From Nocardioidaceae bacterium (GTDB lineage Bacteria; Actinomycetota; Actinomycetes; Propionibacteriales; Nocardioidaceae): a stretch of 40,896 bases of DNA. Both the position numbers and the translations under genes were made by a program. The DNA lies in the NCBI GenBank assembly GCA_013811715.1, contig JACCUS010000004.1:1-40896 (forward strand), given 5' to 3'. The notes under the pieces are model-generated. The model made no database searches. It saw only the letters and a program-made list of their open reading frames with translations, and was not told the DNA's origin. Of this stretch, positions 9,233 through 18,208 are shown one piece after another; the stretch's first letter is position 1; every line of letters starts with the position of its first letter.

Positions 9233-10603
9233 TCAGGCCGGGGTGGCGGCGCCTTCGGCCGCCAGTGCCTCCCGAGAACCGGGGATGAACCTGCCGCGAA
9301 TGGACCGACGAGCCGTCTCGGTGCAGAAGACAAGAGCCGCCACCCCAACGACACAAGAGCCCATCATGTAGTAGGCAGGCACCAGGTTGCTGCCGGTCTG
9401 TCCGATCAGCCAGTCGTTGGCCGCGGGAGCGGTACCACCGAAGAGCGACGTCGACACGTTGTAGGCGATCGCCATGCCGGCATACCGCACGTGGGTGGGA
9501 AACATCGCCGGGAACGTCGCAGAGATCGTCGCCAGCTGCGGGACGTACAGCAGGCCCAGGACGGCGAATCCGACGATCGCACCGGCCAGGTTCGTCGCCA
9601 TCAGCATGTACATCGGCACGACCATGACGAACAGACCGATGAGCGAGAACCACCACATCGGCTTCCGCCCGACCCGGTCAGACAGTGCACCGGCGATCGG
9701 CAGGAAGACCATCATGCAGAGCATGCCGATGAGCGGCACGACGAGTGCCGCGTCGGCGCTCAGCCCGATCTCGCTCTCGAGATAGGCAGGCATGTAGCTC
9801 AACAAGGTGTAGTTGACGACGTTCAGTGCCACCACGAGGCCGGCAAGTACGAGAAGCGGTCTCCAGAAGCCCGCCAGCAGGTCCTTGAACTGCGTCTTGG
9901 TCTCCTGCTCCTTCTCACCGGCCGCCTCCAGCTCGCGGAAGACCGGCGTGTCTTCCATCCGGTTACGGAGGTACATACCGATCAGACCCAGCGGGGCCGC
10001 GATCAAGAACGGCAGCCGCCAGCCCCACGATGCCATCGCCTCCTCGCTGAGGGCAGTCGAGAAGGCCAGCATGAGGAAGGCGCCTAGGGAGAAGCCAGCC
10101 AACGTCCCGAACTCCAAGAAGCTGCCGTAGAAACCTCGCTTCTTGTCCGGGGCATACTCGGCCATGAACGTGGCGGCTCCCCCGTACTCGCCACCGGTCG
10201 AGAATCCCTGGAGCATCCGGAGGATGATCAACAACGCGGGGGCCCAGTAGCCGATCGTGTCGTACGACGGGATCAGGCCCACGCAGAGAGTGGTCCCTGC
10301 CATCAACAGGATTGTCATCGCGAGGACCGCCTTGCGCCCAATCCGGTCACCGAGCGGCCCCCAGAAGAGACCGCCGAGAGGTCTCACCAGAAAGGAGATG
10401 GCGAAGGTCGCCAACGCAAACAGAAGTGCATCTTCGGTGTCGCCGGGGAACAGCGCGGCGGCGATGTACGTGACGCCGTAGGCATAGATGCCGTAGTCGA
10501 ACCACTCCGTCGCGTTTCCGATCGCCGAGGCGGCAATGGCGCGTCTCAACAGTCCTGGGTCGTCCTGTGTTGTGGTGGAACCCCCGCTCGCCGGGGAGCT
10601 CAT
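9233..10603 (-). CDS. MFS transporter, MHS (metabolite:H+ symporter, ProP/KgtP-like) family
   Basis: GNATEWFDYGIYAYG and RPLGGLFWGPLGDRIGRK motifs, about 12 TM segments. I chose ATG 10603 with a GGAGGA ribosome-binding site. The longer ORF-track start (10867) would overlap map. Confidence 0.85.
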   Translation of the reverse strand: MSSPASGGSTTTQDDPGLLRRAIAASAIGNATEWFDYGIYAYGVTYIAAALFPGDTEDALLFALATFAISFLVRPLGGLFWGPLGDRIGRKAVLAMTILLMAGTTLCVGLIPSYDTIGYWAPALLIILRMLQGFSTGGEYGGAATFMAEYAPDKKRGFYGSFLEFGTLAGFSLGAFLMLAFSTALSEEAMASWGWRLPFLIAAPLGLIGMYLRNRMEDTPVFRELEAAGEKEQETKTQFKDLLAGFWRPLLVLAGLVVALNVVNYTLLSYMPAYLESEIGLSADAALVVPLIGMLCMMVFLPIAGALSDRVGRKPMWWFSLIGLFVMVVPMYMLMATNLAGAIVGFAVLGLLYVPQLATISATFPAMFPTHVRYAGMAIAYNVSTSLFGGTAPAANDWLIGQTGSNLVPAYYMMGSCVVGVAALVFCTETARRSIRGRFIPGSREALAAEGAATPA

Positions 10604-10684
10604 CGGTCCTCCTGGACATCGATTCGACCCGAGAGCAAGCCCGGTGCGGTCCTGCGCTTCGAACCGTGGCTCTCCGGTCGTAGT

Positions 10685-10697
10685 TTTGTTGACAATC
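10685..10697. promoter_or_regulatory. Candidate GntR-type operator (TTTGTTGACAATC; reverse complement GATTGTCAACAAA)
   Basis: Located 82 nt upstream of the MFS start, a few nt downstream of a TAATCT -10-like hexamer on the minus strand. Confidence 0.45.
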
Positions 10698-10701
10698 CGA
10701 A

Positions 10702-10730
10702 AGATTACCGCCAACCCGATCCATTGGCTA
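10702..10730 (-). promoter_or_regulatory. Putative promoter of the MFS gene (TAGCCA-17 nt-TAATCT on the minus strand)
   Basis: -10 at 10702-10707 and -35 at 10725-10730. The -35 hexamer is weak. Confidence 0.3.
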
Positions 10731-10811
10731 CCCCTTACGTCCTCGGACCGAAAATGCCCGAAGACGCGCCCCACCTGTTGGCGGATGGCGGGTTGAGCCA
10801 CCAGCGCGACG

Positions 10812-11627
10812 TCAGGATGCGGCGCAGGGAACGCCGAGCTCGGCGAGCTTGGCGGCGCCGCCATCAAGCGCGGTCAAGATCATCGCGCCGCCGGGCATCA
10901 GTGTGAAGGAGTGCTCGAAATGCGCCGACCAGGCGCCGTCCTTGGTCACCACGGTCCAGTCGTCCTCGAGCACTCGGGTGTCGATCGTGCCCATCGTGAT
11001 CATCGGCTCGACCGCAAGCGCAAGCCCCTCGACGAGCTTCGGCCCCTTCCCCGGCCGGCCGTAGTTCGGCACCGACGGGGCCATGTGCATTGCCGAGCCG
11101 ATTCCGTGCCCGACGTAGTCCTCCACAATGCCGTAGTCGCCTTGGGAGCAGACATAGGTCTCGATCGCGTTTGAGATGTCCGTGACCCGACCGCCCAGAG
11201 ATGCCGCCGCGAGACCCCGCCACATGCCTTCCTCGCAGACCCGCATCAGCTCGACCAGCTCGGGCTCCACATGACCGACCGCCACGGTGAGCGCGGCGTC
11301 GCCGTGCCAGCCCTCGACGATGGCGCCACAGTCGATCGAGATCAGGTCTCCTTCGTGCAGCACCCGGTCGCCGGGGATGCCGTGCACCACCTCGTCGTTG
11401 ACGGACGTGCAGATCGTCGCCGGGAACCCGTGGTACCCCAAGAAGTTCGGCGTCGCTCCCCGCGAGCGGATGTGCTCCTCAGCCAGCGTGTCGAGCTGCT
11501 TCGTCGTCACCCCTGGCGCCACCGCGGCGCGCAACATCTCCAGGGTCTCGCCGACGACCACGCCCGCCCGGCGCATGACTGCGATCTGCTCCGGTGTCTT
11601 GATCTCGACGCCTCGATCTCGAAACAT
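10812..11627 (-). CDS. map: Type I methionine aminopeptidase
   Basis: 271 aa with HGIPG, the DCGAIVEGWHGD metal ligands, and VGHGIG…EPM…H.EH. Confidence 0.95.
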   Translation of the reverse strand: MFRDRGVEIKTPEQIAVMRRAGVVVGETLEMLRAAVAPGVTTKQLDTLAEEHIRSRGATPNFLGYHGFPATICTSVNDEVVHGIPGDRVLHEGDLISIDCGAIVEGWHGDAALTVAVGHVEPELVELMRVCEEGMWRGLAAASLGGRVTDISNAIETYVCSQGDYGIVEDYVGHGIGSAMHMAPSVPNYGRPGKGPKLVEGLALAVEPMITMGTIDTRVLEDDWTVVTKDGAWSAHFEHSFTLMPGGAMILTALDGGAAKLAELGVPCAAS

Positions 11628-11649
11628 CCCCGCCCCTCTCTCCGCAAGT

Positions 11650-11696
11650 GCGGGAAACTTGTCGTCAGACAGGCTCTTGGAGAGCAGGTTTCCCGC
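11650..11696 (-). other. Structured adk-map spacer: a 9-bp outer stem (GCGGGAAAC/GTTTCCCGC) enclosing two small hairpins
   Basis: Complementarity read directly from the sequence. Inner stems are TGTC/GACA and GCTCT/AGAGC. Confidence 0.3.
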
Positions 11697-11713
11697 AATT
11701 CACGGCAGGCTAC

Positions 11714-12370
11714 TCAGTCGTCGGCTGCGGTCTTGAGCGTTTCGATCGCCCGCTCGGTGATCTCGTCGACCGGGCCCTGCGCGGTGATGCCCCGCAGCAG
11801 CCCGGCCGCTGTGTAGAACCCGACCAGCGGCGCGGTCTGCTCGTTGTAGACCTCGATCCGGCGCCGGATCGTCTCCGGCAGGTCGTCGTCTCGCTGGAAC
11901 AGCTCACTGCCGCAGACATCGCAGACGCCCTCCTGCGCCGGCGGGTCGAACTCGACGTGCCACACGTGCCCGCACTTTCGGCACGTACGACGACCGGACA
12001 ACCGCCGCACGACCTCGTCGTCCTCGATCTGCAGCTCGAGCACGACATCGAGCGGCGTGCCCAGCTCTGACAGCGTCTTGTTGAGCGCCACGGCCTGATG
12101 GACCGTCCGCGGGAAGCCGTCGAGCAGGAAGCCGGCCCTCGCGTCGTCTTGGGCCAGCCGGTCACGCACGATACCGATCGTCACCTCGTCGGGCACCAGG
12201 TCGCCGGCGTCCATGAATCGCTTCGCTTCCTTGCCCAGCTCGGTCTGCGCGGCGATGTTGGCGCGGAAAATGTCGCCGGTGGAGATCTGGGGGATCCCGT
12301 AGTGCTTGGCGATGAACTTCGCCTGGGTCCCCTTTCCAGCCCCAGGGGCCCCCGCCAGCACCACGCGCAT
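11714..12370 (-). CDS. adk: Adenylate kinase
   Basis: P-loop [10 protein letters not shown] and a Cys-containing lid (CRKCGHVWH…CDVCG). Its ATG overlaps the secY stop (TGATG). Confidence 0.95.
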   Translation of the reverse strand: MRVVLAGAPGAGKGTQAKFIAKHYGIPQISTGDIFRANIAAQTELGKEAKRFMDAGDLVPDEVTIGIVRDRLAQDDARAGFLLDGFPRTVHQAVALNKTLSELGTPLDVVLELQIEDDEVVRRLSGRRTCRKCGHVWHVEFDPPAQEGVCDVCGSELFQRDDDLPETIRRRIEVYNEQTAPLVGFYTAAGLLRGITAQGPVDEITERAIETLKTAADD

Positions 12371-13665
12371 CAGCGCAGGAATCCTTCGTAATGCCTCTGC
12401 TGCAGCTGGCTCTCGATCTGCTTCACCGTGTCGAGCCCGACGCCGACCATGATGAGGAGCGACGTACCGCCGAAGGGGAAGTTCTGGTTGGCGTTGACGA
12501 CCACCAGCGCGATCAGCGGCACCAACGAGACCAGGCCGAGGTACATGGCGCCGGGGAACGTGATGCGCGACAACACGTAGGCGAGGTACTCCTCGGTCGG
12601 CTTCCCGGCTCGGATGCCCGGCACGAAGCCGCCGTACTTCTTCATGTTGTCGGCGACCTCGACGGGATTGAACGTGATGGAGACGTAGAAGTACGTGAAG
12701 AAGACGATCAGAAGGAAGTAGCTGAGCATGTACAACGGGTTGTCACCGGTCGTGAAGTTGTTGTTGACCCACTGCGCCCAGCTGGCCTGCGGGTTGAACT
12801 GGGTGACGAGCGCCGGCAGGTATAGCAGGCTGCTGCCGAAGATGACCGGGATGACGCCGGCTTGGTTGACCTTCAACGGGATGTACGTCGACGTGCCCCC
12901 GAACATCTTCCGGCCCACCATCCGGCGGGCGTACTGCACTGGGATCCGACGCTGTGCCTGCTCGATGAAGACCACCGCGGCCATGATGACCAGTCCGATC
13001 GCCACCACGATCAAGAAGATGTCCCAGCCGTGCTCGGTCTTGATCGACCACAGCGACGTCGGGAACGTCGCCACGATCGAGGTGAAGATGAGGATCGACA
13101 TCCCGTTGCCGATGCCGCGCTCGGTGATCAGCTCGCCGAACCACATGATCATCGCCGTTCCAGCGGTCATCGTGATGATCATCAGCAGCATCGTGGTCAG
13201 GCTGTCGTTGATCAGCAGCGATCCCTCGACCCCCGAGCCCTGGAAGATCTGCCCGGAGCGAGCGAGCGCCACGATCCCGGTGGACTGCAAGATCGCCAGA
13301 CCCAGGGTCAGGTAGCGCGTGTACTGGGTGATCTTCGCGGTGCCGGCCTGGCCTTCCTTCTTCAGCGTCTCCAGCCGCGGGATCACCACGGTCAGCAGCT
13401 GCAAGATGATGCTGGCGGTGATATAGGGCATGATGCCGAGCGCGAAGACGCTCAGCTGGAGCAACGCGCCGCCGGAGAACAGGTTGATCAGACCGTAGAT
13501 GCCCTCGTTCTGAACACTCGCCAGGCCCTCTTGCACCTTGACGTAGTCGACGCCCGGAGTGGGGATGGCTGATCCGATGCGGAACAGCACGATGATGAAC
13601 ATCACGAACAACAGCTTGCGTCGCAGGTCCGGAGTCCTGAACGCGTTCGCGAAGGCGCTTAGCAC
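12370..13665 (-). CDS. secY: Preprotein translocase subunit SecY
   Basis: 431 aa starting [20 protein letters not shown], 10 TM segments. GTG start with a GGGAGGA ribosome-binding site. Confidence 0.95.
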   Translation of the reverse strand: MLSAFANAFRTPDLRRKLLFVMFIIVLFRIGSAIPTPGVDYVKVQEGLASVQNEGIYGLINLFSGGALLQLSVFALGIMPYITASIILQLLTVVIPRLETLKKEGQAGTAKITQYTRYLTLGLAILQSTGIVALARSGQIFQGSGVEGSLLINDSLTTMLLMIITMTAGTAMIMWFGELITERGIGNGMSILIFTSIVATFPTSLWSIKTEHGWDIFLIVVAIGLVIMAAVVFIEQAQRRIPVQYARRMVGRKMFGGTSTYIPLKVNQAGVIPVIFGSSLLYLPALVTQFNPQASWAQWVNNNFTTGDNPLYMLSYFLLIVFFTYFYVSITFNPVEVADNMKKYGGFVPGIRAGKPTEEYLAYVLSRITFPGAMYLGLVSLVPLIALVVVNANQNFPFGGTSLLIMVGVGLDTVKQIESQLQQRHYEGFLR

Positions 13666-13818
13666 CAGATCCTCCCAGCGATCCCCCGTCTGGGAGACTC
13701 GTCCGTGTTGTAGCCGAGCTGTACGGCGCCCACTGGACGCATGCCCTCGGACAATAACAGCCCTACGGCCTGTCCAACGTAGCGCCCTGGAACTTCGTTA
13801 CCGCGGCGGGACATCTCG

Positions 13819-14262
13819 TCAGAGCTCGGTGATGGTCCCGCCGGCCGCCGTGATCTTCTCCTTCGCCGAGCCCGAGAACGCATGGGCGCTGACCTGCAGC
13901 GCCACCGTCGCCTCGCCGCCGCCGAGCACCTTCACCGGGGCGTTGTCGCGGACGGCGCCCTTGTCCACCAGGGTCTGCGGCGTCACCTCGCCGCCATCGG
14001 GGAACAGGTCGCTCAGCCGGTCGAGGTTGACCACCTGGAACTCGACCCGGAACGGGTTCTGGAACCCCTTGAGCTTGGGCAACCGCATGTGCAGCGGCAT
14101 CTGCCCACCCTCGAGCCGTGCCGGCACCTGGTTGCGGGCCTTGCTCCCCTTGGTGCCCCGACCAGCGGTCTTGCCCCTTTTCCCGGCCTCGCCGCGGCCC
14201 ACCCGGGTCTTGGCGGTCTTTGCCCCCGGAGCGGGGCGTAGGTGGTGAAGCTTGAGCGTCAT
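13819..14262 (-). CDS. rplO: 50S ribosomal protein L15
   Basis: [40 protein letters not shown] chose the internal ATG 14262, not the ORF-track 14355. Confidence 0.95.
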   Translation of the reverse strand: MTLKLHHLRPAPGAKTAKTRVGRGEAGKRGKTAGRGTKGSKARNQVPARLEGGQMPLHMRLPKLKGFQNPFRVEFQVVNLDRLSDLFPDGGEVTPQTLVDKGAVRDNAPVKVLGGGEATVALQVSAHAFSGSAKEKITAAGGTITEL

Positions 14263-14263
14263 G

Positions 14264-14446
14264 TCAGTCAACCTCCTCGACTGCGATGAGATGCGGCACC
14301 GTGGCCAACATCCCGCGGATCTCGGGTCGGTCCTCCTTGACGACGACGTCGCCAACCCGCTTCAACCCCAGGGTGCGGAGCGTCTCGCGCTGGTTCTTCT
14401 TCCGGCCGATGGCCGAGCGCACCTGCTGCACCTTCAGGCGCGTCAT
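14264..14446 (-). CDS. rpmD: 50S ribosomal protein L30
   Basis: 60 aa, [30 protein letters not shown]… These are the last 60 codons of a spurious 489-aa ORF. TGATG overlap with rpsE. Confidence 0.95.
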   Translation of the reverse strand: MTRLKVQQVRSAIGRKKNQRETLRTLGLKRVGDVVVKEDRPEIRGMLATVPHLIAVEEVD

Positions 14447-15042
14447 CACTCGGCCACCTCCGCGCGGGCCCTGAGCAGCGCGGCCGGAGTCACCTGCTCC
14501 ACCGTGAGGCCTCGCTGGGCGGCCACGGTCTCCGGCTCCTTGAGCATCTGGAGCGCCGCCACCGTCGCGTTGACGATGTTGAGAGCGTTCGACGAACCGA
14601 GCGACTTGCTCAGCACGTCGTGGATCCCTGCACACTCCAGCACCGCCCGGACGGGGCCACCCGCGATCACCCCGGTACCCGGGGCGGCCGGGCGCAGCAG
14701 CACCACGCCGGCGGACCGCTCTCCTTGGACCGGGTGCGGGATCGTGCCCTGGATGCGCGGCACCTTGAACATGGACTTCTTGGCCTCTTCGACGCCTTTG
14801 GCGATCGCGGCGGGGAACTCTTTCGCCTTGCCGTACCCGACGCCTACGCTGCCGTCGCCGTCGCCCACCACGACCAGCGCGGTGAAGCTGAAGCGGCGAC
14901 CACCCTTCACGACCTTGGCGACACGGTTCGTCGCCACGACACGCTCGAGGTAGGCGGTCTTCTCCGCAGCCGAGCCTCGACGGTCGTCGCGGCCTCGACG
15001 GTCGGAACCGGCACCGCCACTGCGGCGCTGGGGTCCGCTCAT
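14446..15042 (-). CDS. rpsE: 30S ribosomal protein S5
   Basis: [29 protein letters not shown], with a basic N-terminal extension. Confidence 0.95.
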   Translation of the reverse strand: MSGPQRRSGGAGSDRRGRDDRRGSAAEKTAYLERVVATNRVAKVVKGGRRFSFTALVVVGDGDGSVGVGYGKAKEFPAAIAKGVEEAKKSMFKVPRIQGTIPHPVQGERSAGVVLLRPAAPGTGVIAGGPVRAVLECAGIHDVLSKSLGSSNALNIVNATVAALQMLKEPETVAAQRGLTVEQVTPAALLRARAEVAE

Positions 15043-15093
15043 TCGAACTACCTTCTCTCTGTTGCGTCAGATACGTCGTTGGGTCGGGCGGTC

Positions 15094-15477
15094 CTAGAAC
15101 GCCAAACCGCCCTCGCGGGCGCCCTTGGCCAGGGCGGCGACCCGCCCGTGGAACTTGTTGCCGGCGCGGTCGAACACGACCGCCTCGACACCGGCAGTCT
15201 TGGCGCGCTCGGCGACCAGCGCACCCACCTTGCGGGCCTTGGCGGTCTTGTCGCCGTCGAGTGCCCGCAAGTCTGCCTCCATCGTGCTCGCCGATGCGAC
15301 CGTGTTCCCGGCCAGGTCGTCGACGACCTGGACGAACAGGTGGCGGCTGGAACGGGTCACGATCAGTCGCGGCCGCTCGGCGGTGCCGTGCAGCTTCTTG
15401 CGTCCGCGCACCTGCCGGCGCGCTCGCGCCGCGGTCCTCGCGGACGTGTTCTTGGCCGCCTTCAGTTCGATTGCCAT
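15094..15477 (-). CDS. rplR: 50S ribosomal protein L18
   Basis: [38 protein letters not shown] 15477 (TGATG overlap with rplF). GTG 15480 is an alternative start. Confidence 0.9.
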   Translation of the reverse strand: MAIELKAAKNTSARTAARARRQVRGRKKLHGTAERPRLIVTRSSRHLFVQVVDDLAGNTVASASTMEADLRALDGDKTAKARKVGALVAERAKTAGVEAVVFDRAGNKFHGRVAALAKGAREGGLAF

Positions 15478-16019
15478 CACTTACCAGCCTTTCCGACCTT
15501 GCGGCGGATCTGCTCGCCGGCGTACCGGATGCCCTTGCCCTTGTACGGCTCGGGCTGGCGGAGCTTGCGGATACTCGCGGCAACCTCGCCCACGGCCTGC
15601 TTGTCGATGCCCTGGACCGCAAACCTGGTGGGGGTCTCGACCACGAACGTGATGCCGTCGGGTGCGTTGAAGGTGATCTGGTGGCTGTATCCGAGGGAGA
15701 ACTCCAGCGCAGCCGGCCCCTTGGCGACGACACGGTATCCGATTCCGACGATCTCGAGCTTCTTCTCGTAGCCGTCGGTCACACCGGTGACCATGTTGGC
15801 GATGAGAGTCCGCGACAGGCCGTGCAGCGACCTGCTGGCGCGTTCGTCGTCCGGCCGCTTCACCTCGAGCGCGCCGCCGTTGTTCTTCGCGACGGCGATC
15901 GGCGCCTTGACGGTGTGCGACAAGGTGCCCCTCGGCCCCTTGACTGTCACCTTCTGGCCTTCGATGGCGACATCGACGCCGGACGGAACCGTGACGGGGA
16001 GCTTGCCAATGCGCGACAT
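15477..16019 (-). CDS. rplF: 50S ribosomal protein L6
   Basis: [33 protein letters not shown]. Confidence 0.95.
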   Translation of the reverse strand: MSRIGKLPVTVPSGVDVAIEGQKVTVKGPRGTLSHTVKAPIAVAKNNGGALEVKRPDDERASRSLHGLSRTLIANMVTGVTDGYEKKLEIVGIGYRVVAKGPAALEFSLGYSHQITFNAPDGITFVVETPTRFAVQGIDKQAVGEVAASIRKLRQPEPYKGKGIRYAGEQIRRKVGKAGK

Positions 16020-16046
16020 GAGTGTCCCTCCTTCCAGTTTCTCGGG

Positions 16047-16454
16047 TTACCAGACGTAGGCGAGGACTTCCCCACCTACGCCTTTCTGGTTCGCCTGGCG
16101 GTCCGTGAGCAGGCCGGTCGAGGTCGAGATGATCGCGACGCCGAGGCCACCGAGCACCTTCGGCAGTGCGGTGGCCTTGGCATACACCCGCAGTCCGGGC
16201 TTGCTGATCCGCCGAATGCCGCCTATCGAGCGCTCCCGGTTCGGGCCGTACTTCAAGTCGAGCACCAGGGTCTTGCCGACGGCGCCCTCGACGAGCTCGT
16301 CGACCTTCCAGGATCCGATGTAGCCCTCCTGCTGGAGGATCTCGGCAACTCCCGCCTTCAACTTGCTGTGCGGCATCCGCACCGTGTCGTGGTACGCCTG
16401 GTTGGCGTTGCGCAGACGGGTGAGCATGTCTGCGATGGGATCCGTCATCGTCAT
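16047..16454 (-). CDS. rpsH: 30S ribosomal protein S8
   Basis: [25 protein letters not shown] 16454 is preceded by GAAAGAGG. The ORF-track start 16475 is less likely. Confidence 0.9.
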   Translation of the reverse strand: MTMTDPIADMLTRLRNANQAYHDTVRMPHSKLKAGVAEILQQEGYIGSWKVDELVEGAVGKTLVLDLKYGPNRERSIGGIRRISKPGLRVYAKATALPKVLGGLGVAIISTSTGLLTDRQANQKGVGGEVLAYVW

Positions 16455-16563
16455 GGCCGAGGGCCTCTTTCCCACTGTGGTTTCGTCGTGCCCCGGATGG
16501 GCTTCGACGACCTACGGCGATTCGGTGCAGTGCGATCAAGTGCGGTGTGATTCATGTGCGGGG

Positions 16564-16749
16564 TTACCAGCTGCTCTTGGTGATTCCGGGCAGCTCGCCC
16601 CGGTGTGCCATCTCGCGAAGACAGATCCGGCAGAGCCCGAACTTGCGGTAGACCGACTTGGGTCGGCCGCAGCGCTGGCAACGGGTGTAACCGCGCACCT
16701 TGAACTTCGGCTTGCGCCCCGCCTTGACGATCAGTGATGTCTTGGCCAT
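16564..16749 (-). CDS. rpsN: 30S ribosomal protein S14, type Z (zinc-binding form)
   Basis: 61 aa with CQRCGR…CRIC (CxxC…CxxC). Confidence 0.95.
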   Translation of the reverse strand: MAKTSLIVKAGRKPKFKVRGYTRCQRCGRPKSVYRKFGLCRICLREMAHRGELPGITKSSW

Positions 16750-16770
16750 CAGTTCTCCCTACTCTGCATA

Positions 16771-16854
16771 TTCATCGCTCCGCACTCTGTCATCTTCATC
16801 GCTCCGCACTCTGTCATCTTCATCGCTCCGCACTCTGTCATCTCATCGCTCCGC
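16771..16854. repeat. Tandem repeat, 24-bp unit TTCATCGCTCCGCACTCTGTCATC, three full copies plus a 12-bp partial copy that forms the 3' end of rplE
   Basis: Perfect copies at 16771-16794, 16795-16818 and 16819-16842. The partial copy at 16843-16854 holds the last rplE codons and its stop. A degenerate copy lies at 16749-16770. Confidence 0.9.
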
Positions 16855-17454
16855 GAAAGGGAAGCCGAGGCGCCTGAGTAGTGAGCGCCCCTCTTCGTTG
16901 TTGGTTGCGGTCGTCACGATCGTGATGTCCATGCCCCGTTGGCGGTCGACCTTGTCGGGGTCGATCTCGTGGAACATGACCTGCTCGGTCAGACCGAAGG
17001 TGTAGTTGCCCAAGCCGTCGAACTGCCGAGGCGACAGGCCCCGGAAGTCGCGGATCCGAGGCAGCGCCAAGGTCAGCAGCCGGTCGAGGAACTCCCACAT
17101 CCGGTCGCCACGCAAGGTGACATGGGCGCCGATGGGCATCCCCTCACGCAGCTTGAACTGCGCGATCGACTTGCGGGCTCGGGTGACCTGGGGCTTCTGG
17201 CCGGTGATCACGGTCAGGTCCCGGATCGCGCCCTCGATCAGCTTGGAGTCCCGAGCGGCCTCGCCGACCCCCATGTTGACGACGATCTTCGTCAACCCCG
17301 GAACCTGCATGACGTTGGCGTGATCGAACTCGTCCTTCAGCGCAGGCAGGATCTCAGCGCGGTAGCTTGTCTTGAGGCGTGGGACGCTTCTCGACGTATG
17401 GCCGGGGGCGGCTGTCTGGGTGTCTGTCGTGGTGGCGGCGTCGGTGGTCGCCAT
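16843..17454 (-). CDS. rplE: 50S ribosomal protein L5
   Basis: [40 protein letters not shown], with a T/A-rich N-terminal extension. TGATG overlap with rplX. Confidence 0.93.
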   Translation of the reverse strand: MATTDAATTTDTQTAAPGHTSRSVPRLKTSYRAEILPALKDEFDHANVMQVPGLTKIVVNMGVGEAARDSKLIEGAIRDLTVITGQKPQVTRARKSIAQFKLREGMPIGAHVTLRGDRMWEFLDRLLTLALPRIRDFRGLSPRQFDGLGNYTFGLTEQVMFHEIDPDKVDRQRGMDITIVTTATNNEEGRSLLRRLGFPFAER

Positions 17455-17828
17455 CAGATCTCCTTGCCGGTCTTGGTGGCGACGCGCACGCTGCGGTGCG
17501 AGGTGTACGTCGTACCGTCGGTGCGTGTCTTGGTGACCTCGACCCGCTTGGCACCGATCCGCGTCGTCACCTTCTTGCCGTCGACCTCGACCACCAGCGC
17601 CACGTTGGACGCGTCGATCGCCGCCTCCTGCGTGATGATGCCGCCGGTTGTGCCGCCGCGCCCGCCCGCCTGGGTGAGCTTGGTGTGGCGTTTGACGCGG
17701 TTCACACCCTCGACGATCACCCGATTGTGTTCGGGGAGCACGGCGATGACCTTGCCCTCGGCGCCCTTGTCCTTGCCGGCGATGACGCGGACGACGTCGC
17801 CCTTCTTGATGGTCAGGTTGGCTGCCAT
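17454..17828 (-). CDS. rplX: 50S ribosomal protein L24
   Basis: [30 protein letters not shown] (KOW motif). I chose the internal ATG 17828. Confidence 0.93.
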   Translation of the reverse strand: MAANLTIKKGDVVRVIAGKDKGAEGKVIAVLPEHNRVIVEGVNRVKRHTKLTQAGGRGGTTGGIITQEAAIDASNVALVVEVDGKKVTTRIGAKRVEVTKTRTDGTTYTSHRSVRVATKTGKEI

Positions 17829-17829
17829 G

Positions 17830-18198
17830 TCAAAGCACCTCCGGCGCAAGCGAGATGATCCTCATGAACCGCTTCTCACGCAGCTCCCGGCCCACCGGGC
17901 CGAAGATGCGGGTGCCACGCGGCTCGTTGTCGCCCCGGAGGATCACCGCGGCGTTCTCGTCGAAGCGAATGTAGGACCCATCGGCACGACGGCGTTCCTT
18001 GACAGTGCGCACGACGACCGCCCTGACGACGTCGCCCTTCTTGACGTTGGCAACGGGGATGGCATCCTTCACAGTGGCCACGATGACGTCGCCGACGCCG
18101 GCGTAGCGCCGACCCGAGCCGCCGAGCACCCGGATGCACAAGATCTGCTTGGCACCGGTGTTGTCGGCGACCTTCAACCGCGACTCCTGCTGGATCAT
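17830..18198 (-). CDS. rplN: 50S ribosomal protein L14
   Basis: [27 protein letters not shown], 122 aa. I chose the internal ATG 18198 within a 199-aa ORF. Confidence 0.95.
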   Translation of the reverse strand: MIQQESRLKVADNTGAKQILCIRVLGGSGRRYAGVGDVIVATVKDAIPVANVKKGDVVRAVVVRTVKERRRADGSYIRFDENAAVILRGDNEPRGTRIFGPVGRELREKRFMRIISLAPEVL

Positions 18199-18208
18199 CG
18201 GATGTCTC

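Noticed and set aside
9233-10867. The 544-aa version of the MFS ORF. Similar over-long ORF-track starts appear at 463 (M20), 14355 (rplO), 17849 (rplX), 18429 (rplN), 23899 (rpsJ), 30745 (rpsG), 31113 (rpsL) and 24189 (USP).
   Set aside because: The extensions overlap neighbouring genes or leaders, lack homology-like sequence, and have internal starts with good ribosome-binding sites that match the canonical protein N-termini.
14264-15733. A 489-aa minus-strand ORF, and a 352-aa ORF at 15481-16539, running through the L30/S5/L18/L6/S8 region.
   Set aside because: These are off-frame read-throughs with R/P/G-rich translations. Only the last 60 codons of the first ORF (rpmD) are genuine. The real genes are the in-frame ribosomal protein ORFs.
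16700-17005. Plus-strand ORF with a repeated LRTLSSSS peptide.
   Set aside because: The peptide repeat is simply the 24-bp DNA tandem repeat read on the non-coding strand, and the ORF is antisense to rplE and rpsN.
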